Assembly: GCA_963662275.1 (NCBI GenBank)
Contig: OY759316.1
Coordinates: 2,144,001-2,208,000 of the forward strand
Direction: 5' to 3'
From: Candidatus Cloacimonadales bacterium
Lineage (GTDB): Bacteria; Cloacimonadota; Cloacimonadia; Cloacimonadales; DAONDQ01
DNA length: 64,000 nt
Under the pieces are notes generated by a model, which was not told where the DNA came from, did no database searches, and saw only the letters and a program-made list of their open reading frames with translations. Below are positions 1 to 10,040 of this stretch, piece after piece (the first letter of the stretch is position 1; each line of letters opens with the position of its first letter). The position numbers and the translations under genes are program-made.

Positions 1-1092
1 ATAGAGAAATTTCTTTGGGAATCTAACTCAACTAGCAATGAAAAGACTCTCAAGGATTTGAAAGATAAACAACAACTTGAACCAGGAATTGTTACACTAG
101 ACGGGGTAATAATCGATGGAAACAGAAGAGCGTTTCTATTAAAGAAGTTAGGGGTTAAGTTTTTTAAAGCAATTATATTGCCTGATGAATTGAATAGCGA
201 ACCACAAGAAATAATGAAGCTTGAAACTACTTATCAGATGGGAGAAGATGCAAAAGTAGATTACAATGCGATTGAAAAATATCTGAAATGCAAAGATTTA
301 ATAAATTTCTTCAAACCAAAAGAAATTGCCGATATGATGGGTGAGTCGGAATCACAAATTAAAGAGTATCTCGGAATTATGTCTCTGATGGAAGATTATT
401 TAGAATCACTTGGGTGTGCTGGTATCTACACTGCTCTGGATAAAACTGAAGGTGCTTTTGTTGATATTTGCAAATATTTCAAAGCTTATAGTAAGAGTGT
501 AACAGCAAAATCAGATTGGGAGTATGATGATTCAGATGTTAATGACTTAAAACTGATATATTTTGATTATATCACTTTTATTTATAACAAGTCCAAATCA
601 AGAAATGATGATGAAGATACAATCCTGGGAGGTTCTAAAGATTATCGTTTTATTGGGCAACCAAATAAAAAGACAGGAATTTTCTGTAATGGAAAAGTAT
701 GGGACAAATTCAGTACAGACCATTTTAGAGAGATTGATCCCATTCGTCAGAAATATACTGATGGTGAATATTCAATTGATTCATTAAGAGAAGCAAACCC
801 AACTCAATCTCTAGAACAAATTATTAAGGGAAGGAATGAACAATGGGCAAAGGAAACGGGTAGTTTTCTTAAAAGGAACTTGGGTGAAGGTAAATATTCA
901 TTAGAAAATAAAAACTTACAGAATCAGCCAGAGGAGTTATTGCAACGTGCACTTACAATATTGGAAAATATAGATCCTGAAAAGGAAGGCTTTGCTGCAA
1001 GGAAAAATGTTCATGAGATAGTCTCACAAATCAATAAAATAATGTGGATATTCAAGAAAAAATGCGAAAAATGGAAAGGAGAGGTCGTATGA
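1..1092 (+). CDS. ParB/Srx-like N-terminal domain protein (5'-partial)
   Basis: Frame is open from base 1 (IEKFLWES...). The EPGIVTLDGVIIDGNRR motif matches the ParB/Srx GxxR signature, and an HTH-like segment follows (KEIADMMGESESQIKEYL). Confidence 0.75.
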   Translation: MEKFLWESNSTSNEKTLKDLKDKQQLEPGIVTLDGVIIDGNRRAFLLKKLGVKFFKAIILPDELNSEPQEIMKLETTYQMGEDAKVDYNAIEKYLKCKDLINFFKPKEIADMMGESESQIKEYLGIMSLMEDYLESLGCAGIYTALDKTEGAFVDICKYFKAYSKSVTAKSDWEYDDSDVNDLKLIYFDYITFIYNKSKSRNDDEDTILGGSKDYRFIGQPNKKTGIFCNGKVWDKFSTDHFREIDPIRQKYTDGEYSIDSLREANPTQSLEQIIKGRNEQWAKETGSFLKRNLGEGKYSLENKNLQNQPEELLQRALTILENIDPEKEGFAARKNVHEIVSQINKIMWIFKKKCEKWKGEVV

Positions 1093-3080
1093 CTTATCCT
1101 CAAATAGATGATCAAGTTACTTCAAACAGTTTCGTCATTCGAGATACTGACGGTTTCATCAACTCTAATTATCGAGCTTTTGATTATTTCATGAAAATTT
1201 TAAAAGCTAATTTTGTTGAAGATTTGATATATGTTAAATATACTGAAGAGAATAAGTATCAATTACTGGATCAGGTTACGAAAATTCTACGTAAGTACGG
1301 TATCGAGCTTTCAAGCTCAGATGAAATTCGAGAAATCAACCAGCAGTATTATGCTGAAAAAGAGAATTTCTTGCGTTTTAGTGAATCTGCTTTTAAAATT
1401 AGGAATAATATCGTTGATGCACAAGATTTGGATTACTTCACAAGTGCTTTAAAAAGAAAACTCACTTTCAGAACTTTATATGACCTACAATTGCTATCTT
1501 CTTATCATCTGGCTTTTTCTCAGAATTCATGTAATTTTTCAGTACCGGGGTCTGGTAAAACATCTATTGTTTTCGGTGCTTTTTCATATCTTTCAGGTCT
1601 ATCTGAAGAAAATTCAAAATATGTTAATAAGTTATTTGTTGTTGGTCCACTAAGCTCATTCGGACCATGGGAAGATGAATATGAGAATTGTTTTGGGAGA
1701 AAGCCATACTCAAGAAGATTATCAGGTGGTATATCAAAATCTGAAAGAGATGCCACACTGCTTTCGGTGGATAATTCGCAAAATACACCAGAAATGTTGT
1801 TAATATCTTATCCTGGGCTATGCTCTGATTACGATAACATAATTACCTATTTATCTAAACCTTCAAACAAAGTAATGATGGTCCTAGATGAAGCTCATCG
1901 AATAAAAAATACTGAAGAAGGTTTATGGGCGCAAACTGTTCTAAGTTTAGCAAAATATTGTAAATCTAGGGTTGTACTTACAGGAACTCCAGCACCAAAT
2001 GGATACGAAGATTTATATAATTTATACAAGTTTATTTGGCCACAAAGTAAAATTATCAATTATAGTCCAAGACAACTAAAAGATATGACCCAAAATCGGT
2101 TTGATTATCGAGTCAATGATCTAATTTCAAGCATTTCTCCCTTTTTTATTAGGATTAGGAAATCTGATTTGCATCTCCCCTCATTTATAAATCACAAACC
2201 AGATTTTATTGAAATGAATCCTGCCCAAAAAGAAATATATAACTTGATTGAAAATCGATATTTATTTGGTTATGTTGATGATCATCCAGATATTGATGTT
2301 TCAAAATCATTTTTCAAAGCTCGACTAGTTAGGTTAATGCAAGCCGCATCTAACCCAGTTTTATTGAAGTATTCTATAACAGATTATTATCTTGATGGAG
2401 AAAAAATAACTTCAGATGAATCTCTTGATAATGATATACTTAGAAAGATAGATGACTATTTAAAAACAAATGAATATCCTACAAAATACTGGATTATATT
2501 AAGTATGGTCCAAGATATTATTAAACAAAATCAAAAAGTAGTTATTTGGGGTCTGTATATCCAAAGCATAAAGGAACTACAGAAATTCCTTAATAACAAC
2601 GGTATCAATTCAGAATTACTTATCGGTGAAACCCCAGTTGAGGTAGATACTTCCCAAGATGAGATAAGAACACGTGAATGTATAATAAGAGACTTTAATA
2701 ATACAAAGATTGATTTGAAAGTCATTATTGCTAACCCAATGGCAGTTGCAGAATCTATATCAATCCATAAAGCTTGTCACAATGCTATTTATTTTGAAAG
2801 AAATTTTAACGCAGCTTATTTTATACAATCTAAGGACAGGATTCACAGAGTTGGGTTACCGGAAGGAGTTTCAACGAACTATTATTATTTAATTTCTCAG
2901 GATACAGTAGAAGAGACTATTCATAAAAGTCTATTGGTAAAAGAAGAAAGAATGTTGCAAATACTTGAATCCCAAGAAATACCCCTATTTACTGAAAATA
3001 TGAATTATGATATTGACATTAACTCTGATTTTAAACTTGTAATAAAAGACTATGTTAACAGAGTATCTGAAAACCACTGA
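1089..3080 (+). CDS. SNF2-family (SF2) ATPase/helicase
   Basis: Motifs: I SVPGSGKT, Ia VVGPLSSFGPW, II LDEAHRIKN, III LTGTPAPN, VI QSKDRIHRVG. The ATG at 1089 follows GAGG and overlaps the upstream stop (ATGA). Confidence 0.9.
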   Translation: MTYPQIDDQVTSNSFVIRDTDGFINSNYRAFDYFMKILKANFVEDLIYVKYTEENKYQLLDQVTKILRKYGIELSSSDEIREINQQYYAEKENFLRFSESAFKIRNNIVDAQDLDYFTSALKRKLTFRTLYDLQLLSSYHLAFSQNSCNFSVPGSGKTSIVFGAFSYLSGLSEENSKYVNKLFVVGPLSSFGPWEDEYENCFGRKPYSRRLSGGISKSERDATLLSVDNSQNTPEMLLISYPGLCSDYDNIITYLSKPSNKVMMVLDEAHRIKNTEEGLWAQTVLSLAKYCKSRVVLTGTPAPNGYEDLYNLYKFIWPQSKIINYSPRQLKDMTQNRFDYRVNDLISSISPFFIRIRKSDLHLPSFINHKPDFIEMNPAQKEIYNLIENRYLFGYVDDHPDIDVSKSFFKARLVRLMQAASNPVLLKYSITDYYLDGEKITSDESLDNDILRKIDDYLKTNEYPTKYWIILSMVQDIIKQNQKVVIWGLYIQSIKELQKFLNNNGINSELLIGETPVEVDTSQDEIRTRECIIRDFNNTKIDLKVIIANPMAVAESISIHKACHNAIYFERNFNAAYFIQSKDRIHRVGLPEGVSTNYYYLISQDTVEETIHKSLLVKEERMLQILESQEIPLFTENMNYDIDINSDFKLVIKDYVNRVSENH

Positions 3081-4044
3081 TTTGATTCAGCTTGAGGATT
3101 TAGATTTTTTTCTTTTCAATGCTATATCAAGCAAAGTACAGAAGTTAGAGTCAATTAGGAAATATTGTTTAAATAGTAGATATACGATGGTTAGTACATT
3201 TAACTCAATAATTGTGTTTTTAATTTGGTTAAATCTTATTGATCTGATTGATGGAAAATATGTAAGAAGAAATTCCAATTTTGATAAGAAATACTCTAAA
3301 TTTGAATCCCTAGCGTATTTCAAAGATATTGATTTTTGTAATTTGATTATGAAGTATTTGAAAAAGGATCATGAATTGGAGTCCATTTTTAATGTAAGGA
3401 CTTTAAAACTGGATATTGTTAGCAATAGCTATTTTTTACATGATAATTTGATTCCTAATAGATTTAGGAGCTTACTAAATATCCTTATTCAAGTTGGTTT
3501 CTTTAGTAGAAAGCAGAGCCAATTGTATATTTCTGATAAATACAGGAAGTTAATCGAAAAAGATTTAATACCCTTTTTGATTAACAAACACCAGCATAAA
3601 CTCAAACTATCGCTAGATGATTTGAAAAAGAAGATTGATCTGAATAATTTGCATGGAGAAGCAGCTGAACATTTAGTATTGAATTATGAGCTACAACGAC
3701 TTGCCAATCATCCCAATATTCAGTTAGTAAAAATAATCTCAGAAGTTGATGTATGCGCTGGTTATGATATTGTTTCCTTTAATAACCTTAACTCATGCAT
3801 TCCAGACAGATACATAGAAGTTAAATCTTATAGTGATGAATGCACGTTTTACATTTCAAGAAATGAAATAGAAACAGCAAAAAAATACTTAACTAATTAT
3901 TACTTATACTTAGTTGATAGAAATCGAATTGATGAATTTGATTATCAACCTTTTATTATTCAAAACCCCTATTTAAACGTATTTTGCAATAAAAAATGGG
4001 ATAAATTTGTTGATAACTGGTTCATTAGACGTAATATAGATTAG
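3052..4044 (+). CDS. DUF3883 (NO VEIN C-terminal-like) PD-(D/E)xK nuclease domain protein
   Basis: C-terminal GEAAE..V...E, GYDIVSF, YIEVKS, FYISRNE and YYLYLV motifs. Start overlaps the end of the SNF2 gene. Confidence 0.85.
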   Translation: MLTEYLKTTDLIQLEDLDFFLFNAISSKVQKLESIRKYCLNSRYTMVSTFNSIIVFLIWLNLIDLIDGKYVRRNSNFDKKYSKFESLAYFKDIDFCNLIMKYLKKDHELESIFNVRTLKLDIVSNSYFLHDNLIPNRFRSLLNILIQVGFFSRKQSQLYISDKYRKLIEKDLIPFLINKHQHKLKLSLDDLKKKIDLNNLHGEAAEHLVLNYELQRLANHPNIQLVKIISEVDVCAGYDIVSFNNLNSCIPDRYIEVKSYSDECTFYISRNEIETAKKYLTNYYLYLVDRNRIDEFDYQPFIIQNPYLNVFCNKKWDKFVDNWFIRRNID

Positions 4045-4534
4045 ACTCATTATTGAAATTAATTCTTATCTAATTATGAATGAAAACTTTTATCCCATCA
4101 CATCTTCCACCAATCCATTCGGATAGAGATAGCTCATAGACTCTTTTCGGAATATGGGATTGATCTTATGGATAATCCTGTGATGATTTGGACAAATGAC
4201 AAGCAGGTTATCTGAATCATTATTCAAAGAACGGGTATAATAATCGATATGATGAATTTCGGAAAGGGGTGTCCAGTATCTGTCAGTAAAATCATGACCG
4301 CAGATCTGGCATTTGTTATTATAGATTTCCTTGAGCGTATCTCCGATGGAGCGATTGTATTTCCTGATTTTGATATTGCTGGATATTTCGGAGTGAGAGA
4401 GCATAGTGTACGCTCCAACAGAGCCACGTCTTCGGAAAAATAGAGCCACCTAATTCGGAGATGAGAGCCACTCTTCTATTTTCAATAATTAATACAGGTA
4501 ATATACAAAAAAATAAGCTATAACTAATCTTTTT

Positions 4535-4587
4535 GCGACGGCTGCCGTGAAGTGAGGCCGTAGGCCGAGCGAAGCGGCAGCCGTCGC
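4535..4587. other. GC-rich nested hairpin inside IS21, downstream of istB
   Basis: Perfect 13-bp stem GCGACGGCTGCCG/CGGCAGCCGTCGC enclosing GGCC-GTA-GGCC. Confidence 0.6.
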
Positions 4588-4625
4588 CGGGAAAGTTGTA
4601 GTACCATCCCAAGTATTAACTATCG

Positions 4626-5372
4626 TTATTCTTTCTTAATGCCATTGCGTTCTCTCATTGACACTTTACCATCGATAAAAATAGGATAGGAATCGTGTAT
4701 AATCCGGTCAAGGATGGCATCGGCAAGGGTTTCCTGACCAATCTTCTCATGCCATCCTCCGGTTCTGAACTGAGAACAGAAGATCGTTGATGAGTGCTGA
4801 TGCCTCGCTTCGATAATCTCCAAAAGATCTCTTGCCTCTTGTTCTCTGAGTGGTGTCAGCAGCCATTCATCAAGTATCAGCAGTTTGATCTGCTTGTATT
4901 GTTTTATGACTTTCTTAAAAATACCTTCACCTCTGGCAACTGCCAGGTCATCCAGCAATTCGGGAAGTCGTATATATCTGACAGGATAATAGTTCCGGCA
5001 GGCTGCTATCCCGAAAGCACAACCCAGCCAGGATTTCCCGTTTCCTGATGCTCCCATAATGATTATATTCCGATTTTCGCTGATGTAACTGCAGGTTGAT
5101 AAACGGATAATCTCAGATCGATCCAGCTTTCTGTCATCATGATATTCTACGTCTTCAATACTTGCCTGGCTGAACTTCAAGTTTGCCTTCTTAATTAGCC
5201 TCTGCAGTCTGTTATTTTTGCGTCTGGCCCATTCAGCATCTACGAGCAGACTGAAGCGTTCTTCGAAAAGCAAATCCTTAAATGCACCATCATGTAATTG
5301 CTGGCAGAAAGTATCAGCCATAGCACTCAAATGCATCTCGTGAAGCTTATTGACTGTTGATTGGCTGATCAT
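4626..5372 (-). CDS. istB: IS21 helper AAA+ ATPase
   Basis: Walker A GASGNGKS, Walker B LLILDEW, and ADAILDRI. Start overlaps the istA stop. Confidence 0.95.
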   Translation of the reverse strand: MISQSTVNKLHEMHLSAMADTFCQQLHDGAFKDLLFEERFSLLVDAEWARRKNNRLQRLIKKANLKFSQASIEDVEYHDDRKLDRSEIIRLSTCSYISENRNIIIMGASGNGKSWLGCAFGIAACRNYYPVRYIRLPELLDDLAVARGEGIFKKVIKQYKQIKLLILDEWLLTPLREQEARDLLEIIEARHQHSSTIFCSQFRTGGWHEKIGQETLADAILDRIIHDSYPIFIDGKVSMRERNGIKKE

Positions 5373-6913
5373 TTATTTTTCCTCCCGTAGTAGTCTGCAC
5401 CTCTGGTAATACCAAAATCAGAAGCAGGATCATTCTTTGCAGTCTCTGCCGCATTATTGATCTTATCAAAACCCGTCTTGAGTATGGTTTGGATATTTTT
5501 ATAACCGGGATTGGGTGTATAAGATAATGCCCTTTGACATGCACTTTCGAGCCTCTGCACAGAATACCTGTCAGCTGATTTCAGAAGTGCCATACAGGAA
5601 CGGTATCCCTGCTGTTCAACACGATAGGATGCCAGAATAGACTTAATTACGATCATCGTATGTTCCCCTATTTCCTTTGCCCAGGAGATAAACCTCTCTG
5701 CATTCCATTCCTGATATTTCTGATGCTGTTCAGGCATATGTTCAGGGAGTGTCTGATACTGACCGGGATGACCAAATTTCCTGACATGGGAAGCGATTCT
5801 GTTGGAGTTATAGAAAACCTCGACAACTCTGCTTGTGATGCGTACATCCACATAGTATTTTATGTATTCATAAGGAACCGAATAGTACATCTTATCCACG
5901 CTTATATGATAATTGAACTGTACTGTTGCCTTTGACCAGGCAGCAAGCTCATATGGCGACAATGACAATGGAATAAGCATGGGCTGTTCTTCTGCCTGAA
6001 AGACACTTTCTCTGCTTCCTTCTTTCTTTTGAAAGGGCTTGGTATTGAACTCTCCCAGTTTTTCCCTGATTGACATATTGAGTTCATGAAGCGAAAAGAA
6101 TGTCTGGTTTCGCAAGGCAGCAATGATCCAGGTTGAGATGACTCCAACTGTGCCTTCTGCACTGGGCTTATCCTTTGGTCTTCTAACTCTGGCAGGTATT
6201 ACCGCAGTATCGTAATAAGCAGACATTTCTCCATAGGTTCTGTTGATAACGGGAGTATACCACGACACATGGTCAACTCCCGTCTTAAGATTATCAGGAA
6301 CAAGTATTTTAGTAACTCCATTAAAGTACTTGAAGCTATTTATATGAGCCTGAATCCAGCTTTCCATATTCATGGAAAGAAAGGCTTCCACATAGGAATA
6401 ACCACTGTACGGGAGGGTTGCTACAAAAACATAGGCTTTGATCGGTTCACCGGTAATGTTGTTTTTGATGGCGGCAGTCTGTCCAGCCCAGTCCACTTCC
6501 AGCTTTTCTCCTGGTTTGTGTTTTATTCGCATGGTTGCTTTTGTCTTTTGTGAGTAATCATGGTAATGTTTGCAAAATTGCGTATACTTGTAGGGAATAG
6601 CCTGATTATTCCTGCATCCCTCAGAGTATTCATGCCAGAGTAGCGACAGTGTTACACCACTCTTGGCAAGTTCCTTGTGTATGTGTTCATAATCAGGCAT
6701 CTTCTGCGGGTTTGACGATAAGTAAGCCGGAAAGAGCTGCTCTTCGATCATCTCATTTGTTAATGTATCAGGAAGCGGCCATTCAAGGCTCTGGTCTGTT
6801 GCCCTTTGAATGATCATCGACACGTTATTGCGGGAACAGGATAAACTCGCCGCTATGCCTCGTCTGCTTATTCCCTGGCTGTGTAAGCGAAGGATCTCTC
6901 GGTAATTGGTCAT
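5369..6913 (-). CDS. istA: IS21 DDE transposase
   Basis: N-terminal HTH, VDWAG, VPDNLKTGV and PKDKPSAE. GGAGG precedes MTNYREIL. Confidence 0.95.
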   Translation of the reverse strand: MTNYREILRLHSQGISRRGIAASLSCSRNNVSMIIQRATDQSLEWPLPDTLTNEMIEEQLFPAYLSSNPQKMPDYEHIHKELAKSGVTLSLLWHEYSEGCRNNQAIPYKYTQFCKHYHDYSQKTKATMRIKHKPGEKLEVDWAGQTAAIKNNITGEPIKAYVFVATLPYSGYSYVEAFLSMNMESWIQAHINSFKYFNGVTKILVPDNLKTGVDHVSWYTPVINRTYGEMSAYYDTAVIPARVRRPKDKPSAEGTVGVISTWIIAALRNQTFFSLHELNMSIREKLGEFNTKPFQKKEGSRESVFQAEEQPMLIPLSLSPYELAAWSKATVQFNYHISVDKMYYSVPYEYIKYYVDVRITSRVVEVFYNSNRIASHVRKFGHPGQYQTLPEHMPEQHQKYQEWNAERFISWAKEIGEHTMIVIKSILASYRVEQQGYRSCMALLKSADRYSVQRLESACQRALSYTPNPGYKNIQTILKTGFDKINNAAETAKNDPASDFGITRGADYYGRKNK

Positions 6914-7612
6914 TGCATTGACCTCCATGAATTGATTTACACTGATACAGTGCATTAATTCATGTTGGTTTTTTCTTTCAAAATAGCAAGGTGGCTCTAT
7001 TTTAGCGAAGACGTGGCTCTAAAACTCCGTACAAGTGGCTCTCATTTAGAATATTATTCAATTGCCCAGTTTATTGATAATTCCACTGTTTTGATCCGCC
7101 ATATAGTAGTTCAGGTATTCTTCGACTTGCGTTTCATTATACTGTTGGATGCTGTTTTGTTCTTCCGCAATATCAGAAGCGAAAATGCATTCTGCAATGA
7201 AGGTATCGGGTTGGCTGGTGAAATAGAAGACTACATATTCTTTCAAGTTTTCGGGGAGTACCAGGTATTTACCTTTTGTTCTATTTTGCAGGATATAAGC
7301 GTAAGAACTTTTGAATACATTCTGGAATTCGAAAGCCATCTTGCTTTTCCTTGAATAACGGAATTGCAGGATGTCCTTATGATCAGGATAATCTGTCTCA
7401 CTGAACCCGACATTGTTGAGGTTAACTTCATATTTTGTATGATCAAGAACAATATGAACTTTTTGACTAGAACCTTTCTCCCTGGTGCTTGGCAGTAACT
7501 CATAGATCATTTCACGAAAAGCGTTAGTTAATGTGATACCGTCAGTCAGTAAAGACCAATCCACTACTTTTTTGAAAGCATAGAGATTATTGCTGCTCAT
7601 ATACGTTCCTTT

Positions 7613-7975
7613 CTATTTTATCGATTTGGACGTATTTGCTTTTTTCAATTTCTTTTGAATAGATTTAACTTCTTCTTCCGTAAAATCAGAATTAACATCT
7701 TCAATGTCCAAATAGTTATATAACTGATAAAGTACAGCAACCACATGCTCGCATACATCTCCCCTATTATCCGGACAAGAGCATTTCCAGGATTTGATCT
7801 TTTCACCGGATAGGGTTATGCTGACGTTATACTTAGTTTTTCCACTGATAACGGCAGTCCACTTCCCTGGTCCTGTGATTGTGAGCTTCTGAACACGATT
7901 CGCATTACAGTAATACATGCCTTTATCCAAGATATCTACTGGTAACTCGGCTTCAAAGTTTTTGAGTGTTAGCAT
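7613..7975 (-). CDS. Short SWIM zinc-finger protein (about 120 aa)
   Basis: CSC-x7-CEH SWIM motif. GGAG RBS before MLTLKNFE. Paralogous to the N-terminus of 8161-9966. Confidence 0.8.
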   Translation of the reverse strand: MLTLKNFEAELPVDILDKGMYYCNANRVQKLTITGPGKWTAVISGKTKYNVSITLSGEKIKSWKCSCPDNRGDVCEHVVAVLYQLYNYLDIEDVNSDFTEEEVKSIQKKLKKANTSKSIK

Positions 7976-8010
7976 AAGAACTCCTTTTAGTAAGCGTACA
8001 GGGTACAAGG

Positions 8011-8170
8011 TCAGTAGGATCGGCATCCTACTCCACATAAGTTCAGTAGGATCGGCATCCTACTCCACATAAGTTCAGTAGGATCGGCATCCTACTCCAC
8101 ATAAGTTCAGCAGGATCGGCGTCCTACTCTACGAAGGTTCAGCAAGAACGGTGTCTTGCTTTACAGAAGA
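8011..8170 (+). repeat. Tandem 32-bp REP-like repeats (3 identical, 2 degenerate)
   Basis: Unit TCAGTAGGATCGGCATCCTACTCCACATAAGT at 8011, 8043 and 8075, with variants at 8107 and 8139. Internal hairpin GTAGGAT-CGGC-ATCCTAC. Confidence 0.9.
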
Positions 8171-9966
8171 TCAGGGAAAGAGCGTTTGAATATCTCTTTC
8201 ATTGCAGGTCGGTTGGAATGGGTGGTTAACAAGTATTTTAATGTGGATTGAACAACCTCTTTTCCGCCTTGTATTTTCAGCATTTTCTTTAAATAACGGG
8301 CAATCATTTCATAGGAATAACGGTCGGTAATTTTGCCCTGCTCAACCATTTTGTCTGCATAGATCGTAAGCATTTCAGCCGGGTATCTCTTCGTAAGATG
8401 TTTGGCATATTCATCAATAAATTGCAAAGATAATTTACTATGTTGAATCATACTTAATAAACGGTCGATGTAGCCTTCTGTAATGAAAATATCTGCAAGA
8501 AATGAAGCTCTGTATATCACATCATCTTTTGATTTGTTGAGGTGATAATCGATGAACTCTTCTGCCTTATCTTTCCAAAGATCAGCTGGATAGAGAGCTT
8601 TCATTTTGATATAGTAATCATGCTTACAAGCCTTATCCCAATATAATTCTTCGGCATATTTCTGTTGATCCGGTATGTTGTTTTCCAATTCAGCAATATT
8701 ATGAAGATGCCCCAGATAGGTTGAACCGATATGCCTGAATTCCTTGTTCTTGCCATTCATTATAGCTTCTCTGCACAGAATCTTTGCTTTCTCGAAGTTA
8801 CCTTCCGTTATACATTTTTCGATAAGCATCTGTCTGAAAGATTCGAATTGGAGATTGGACATGATAATGGCATTCGCTTCTTCAATACGTTTACTATTTT
8901 GAAAGTAATAATACTTCTTTAGCATCAGATTCTCAACCATATGCTGCCTGTTCTTAGAACTGCTGTTTTCCTTTATCTGATTATCCAAAAGAGAAAGAAA
9001 CAGCTTTTCCTGCTCTTGAGAGTGAATCATATCAGCCATGATATCAAGATAATAATCGGCATTATCGGTATTGTATAAATACGGTTTATGATATTCTTTC
9101 ATAATATAATCGAACATTTCGTTTTGAAATTTCGAATCAGCATTACTATGGATAAAGGCAACTGTGTTTACTATTTCATTCATTAATCCGGCAAGATAAT
9201 CTTCAGAATTTTCTGTGATTCTCTTAGCCTTTAGTATCTGTTCCGTTATGTTCTGACAAATAGCCCAAGCCTGCATTGTGTCCTCTTTTTCTGTTAATGC
9301 AATGGCTTTTTTGATGAGATCAGATAATTCATCATAGCATTCAGAGTTATTTTCGAAGGAATCGAAGTCGTCGTAGTCTTCGTAATCATATTCTTCGTAA
9401 TCTGAATAATCAGCAAATTTATTGATAATTTCAGAAACTATCTTCTTGTATTTTTTAAAAGGATCACCAGGTATTTTGTCTGAAAAGTAATGTGTAAAGT
9501 AAGTATGAGCTTCATCAACATCCTTAAAGATATCTTCACAAAACTTAATTAATTCAGGCATTGTGAGACTCGCTAGAATCAGTGCGGTTTGCTTATCCTT
9601 GGCATCTTTTTTAGGCTTTAGAGCTTTGGCTTTGCTAATTTCCTTAACAAGAAATTCAGTCTCTTCTTCAGTAAAGTCATCATCCTGATCAATAATTTCC
9701 AGATGATCATACAATTTGTATATTACAGCCACCACATGCTTGCAAATATCTCCCATATCATATGGGCAATTACAGTGCCAATCCGTGATGTTTTCTCCGT
9801 TCAGGGAGACTTGTACTTTGTATTTATTTGTACCATGTACAACAGCTTTCCATAAGCCGGGTTTTGATTCAGTCAGCATGTTGACACGCTTTTCACGATA
9901 GTAATCATTTCCACGATCTAAAATCGAATCTGCAATTTCTACTTCAAAGTTTTGAAAAGTTAGCAT
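8161..9966 (-). CDS. SWIM zinc-finger protein with helical C-terminal region
   Basis: ILDRGNDYY...CNC-x7-CKH SWIM motif followed by an acidic linker and a long helical region. Confidence 0.85.
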   Translation of the reverse strand: MLTFQNFEVEIADSILDRGNDYYREKRVNMLTESKPGLWKAVVHGTNKYKVQVSLNGENITDWHCNCPYDMGDICKHVVAVIYKLYDHLEIIDQDDDFTEEETEFLVKEISKAKALKPKKDAKDKQTALILASLTMPELIKFCEDIFKDVDEAHTYFTHYFSDKIPGDPFKKYKKIVSEIINKFADYSDYEEYDYEDYDDFDSFENNSECYDELSDLIKKAIALTEKEDTMQAWAICQNITEQILKAKRITENSEDYLAGLMNEIVNTVAFIHSNADSKFQNEMFDYIMKEYHKPYLYNTDNADYYLDIMADMIHSQEQEKLFLSLLDNQIKENSSSKNRQHMVENLMLKKYYYFQNSKRIEEANAIIMSNLQFESFRQMLIEKCITEGNFEKAKILCREAIMNGKNKEFRHIGSTYLGHLHNIAELENNIPDQQKYAEELYWDKACKHDYYIKMKALYPADLWKDKAEEFIDYHLNKSKDDVIYRASFLADIFITEGYIDRLLSMIQHSKLSLQFIDEYAKHLTKRYPAEMLTIYADKMVEQGKITDRYSYEMIARYLKKMLKIQGGKEVVQSTLKYLLTTHSNRPAMKEIFKRSFPDLL

Positions 9967-10040
9967 AAGAACTCCCTGTTGAATTAAAAATTAAAAATTA
10001 AGAATTGGGAGTCAAGGGAATTACAGAAAATGATCGGAAC

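Larger units (their letters stand above)
4380..7060 (-). mobile_element. IS21-family insertion sequence (2681 bp)
   Basis: TG...CA ends with imperfect IRs. AGAGCCAC repeats at 22-bp spacing at both ends (4420/4442/4464; reverse at 6991/7013/7035). 5-bp target duplication ATTGC at 4375-4379 and 7061-7065. Carries istA and istB. Confidence 0.95.
4090..7600 (-). pseudogene. HNH endonuclease gene interrupted by IS21
   Basis: Removing 4380-7060 and one ATTGC copy joins 7600..7061 (...INKLGN) in frame to 4374..4090 (IKIRKYNRSIG...CQICG...EIHHI...NLLVICPNHH), about 274 aa. Confidence 0.9.

Noticed and set aside
4090..4449. Independent 119-aa HNH gene
   Set aside because: Its first codons come from the IS21 end. 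It is the 3' half of the interrupted gene.
6962..7354. 130-aa plus-strand ORF
   Set aside because: It spans the IS end and is antisense to the HNH 5' half, so it is a shadow ORF.
8011..8170. CRISPR array
   Set aside because: Units are contiguous with no unique spacers, and there are no cas genes.
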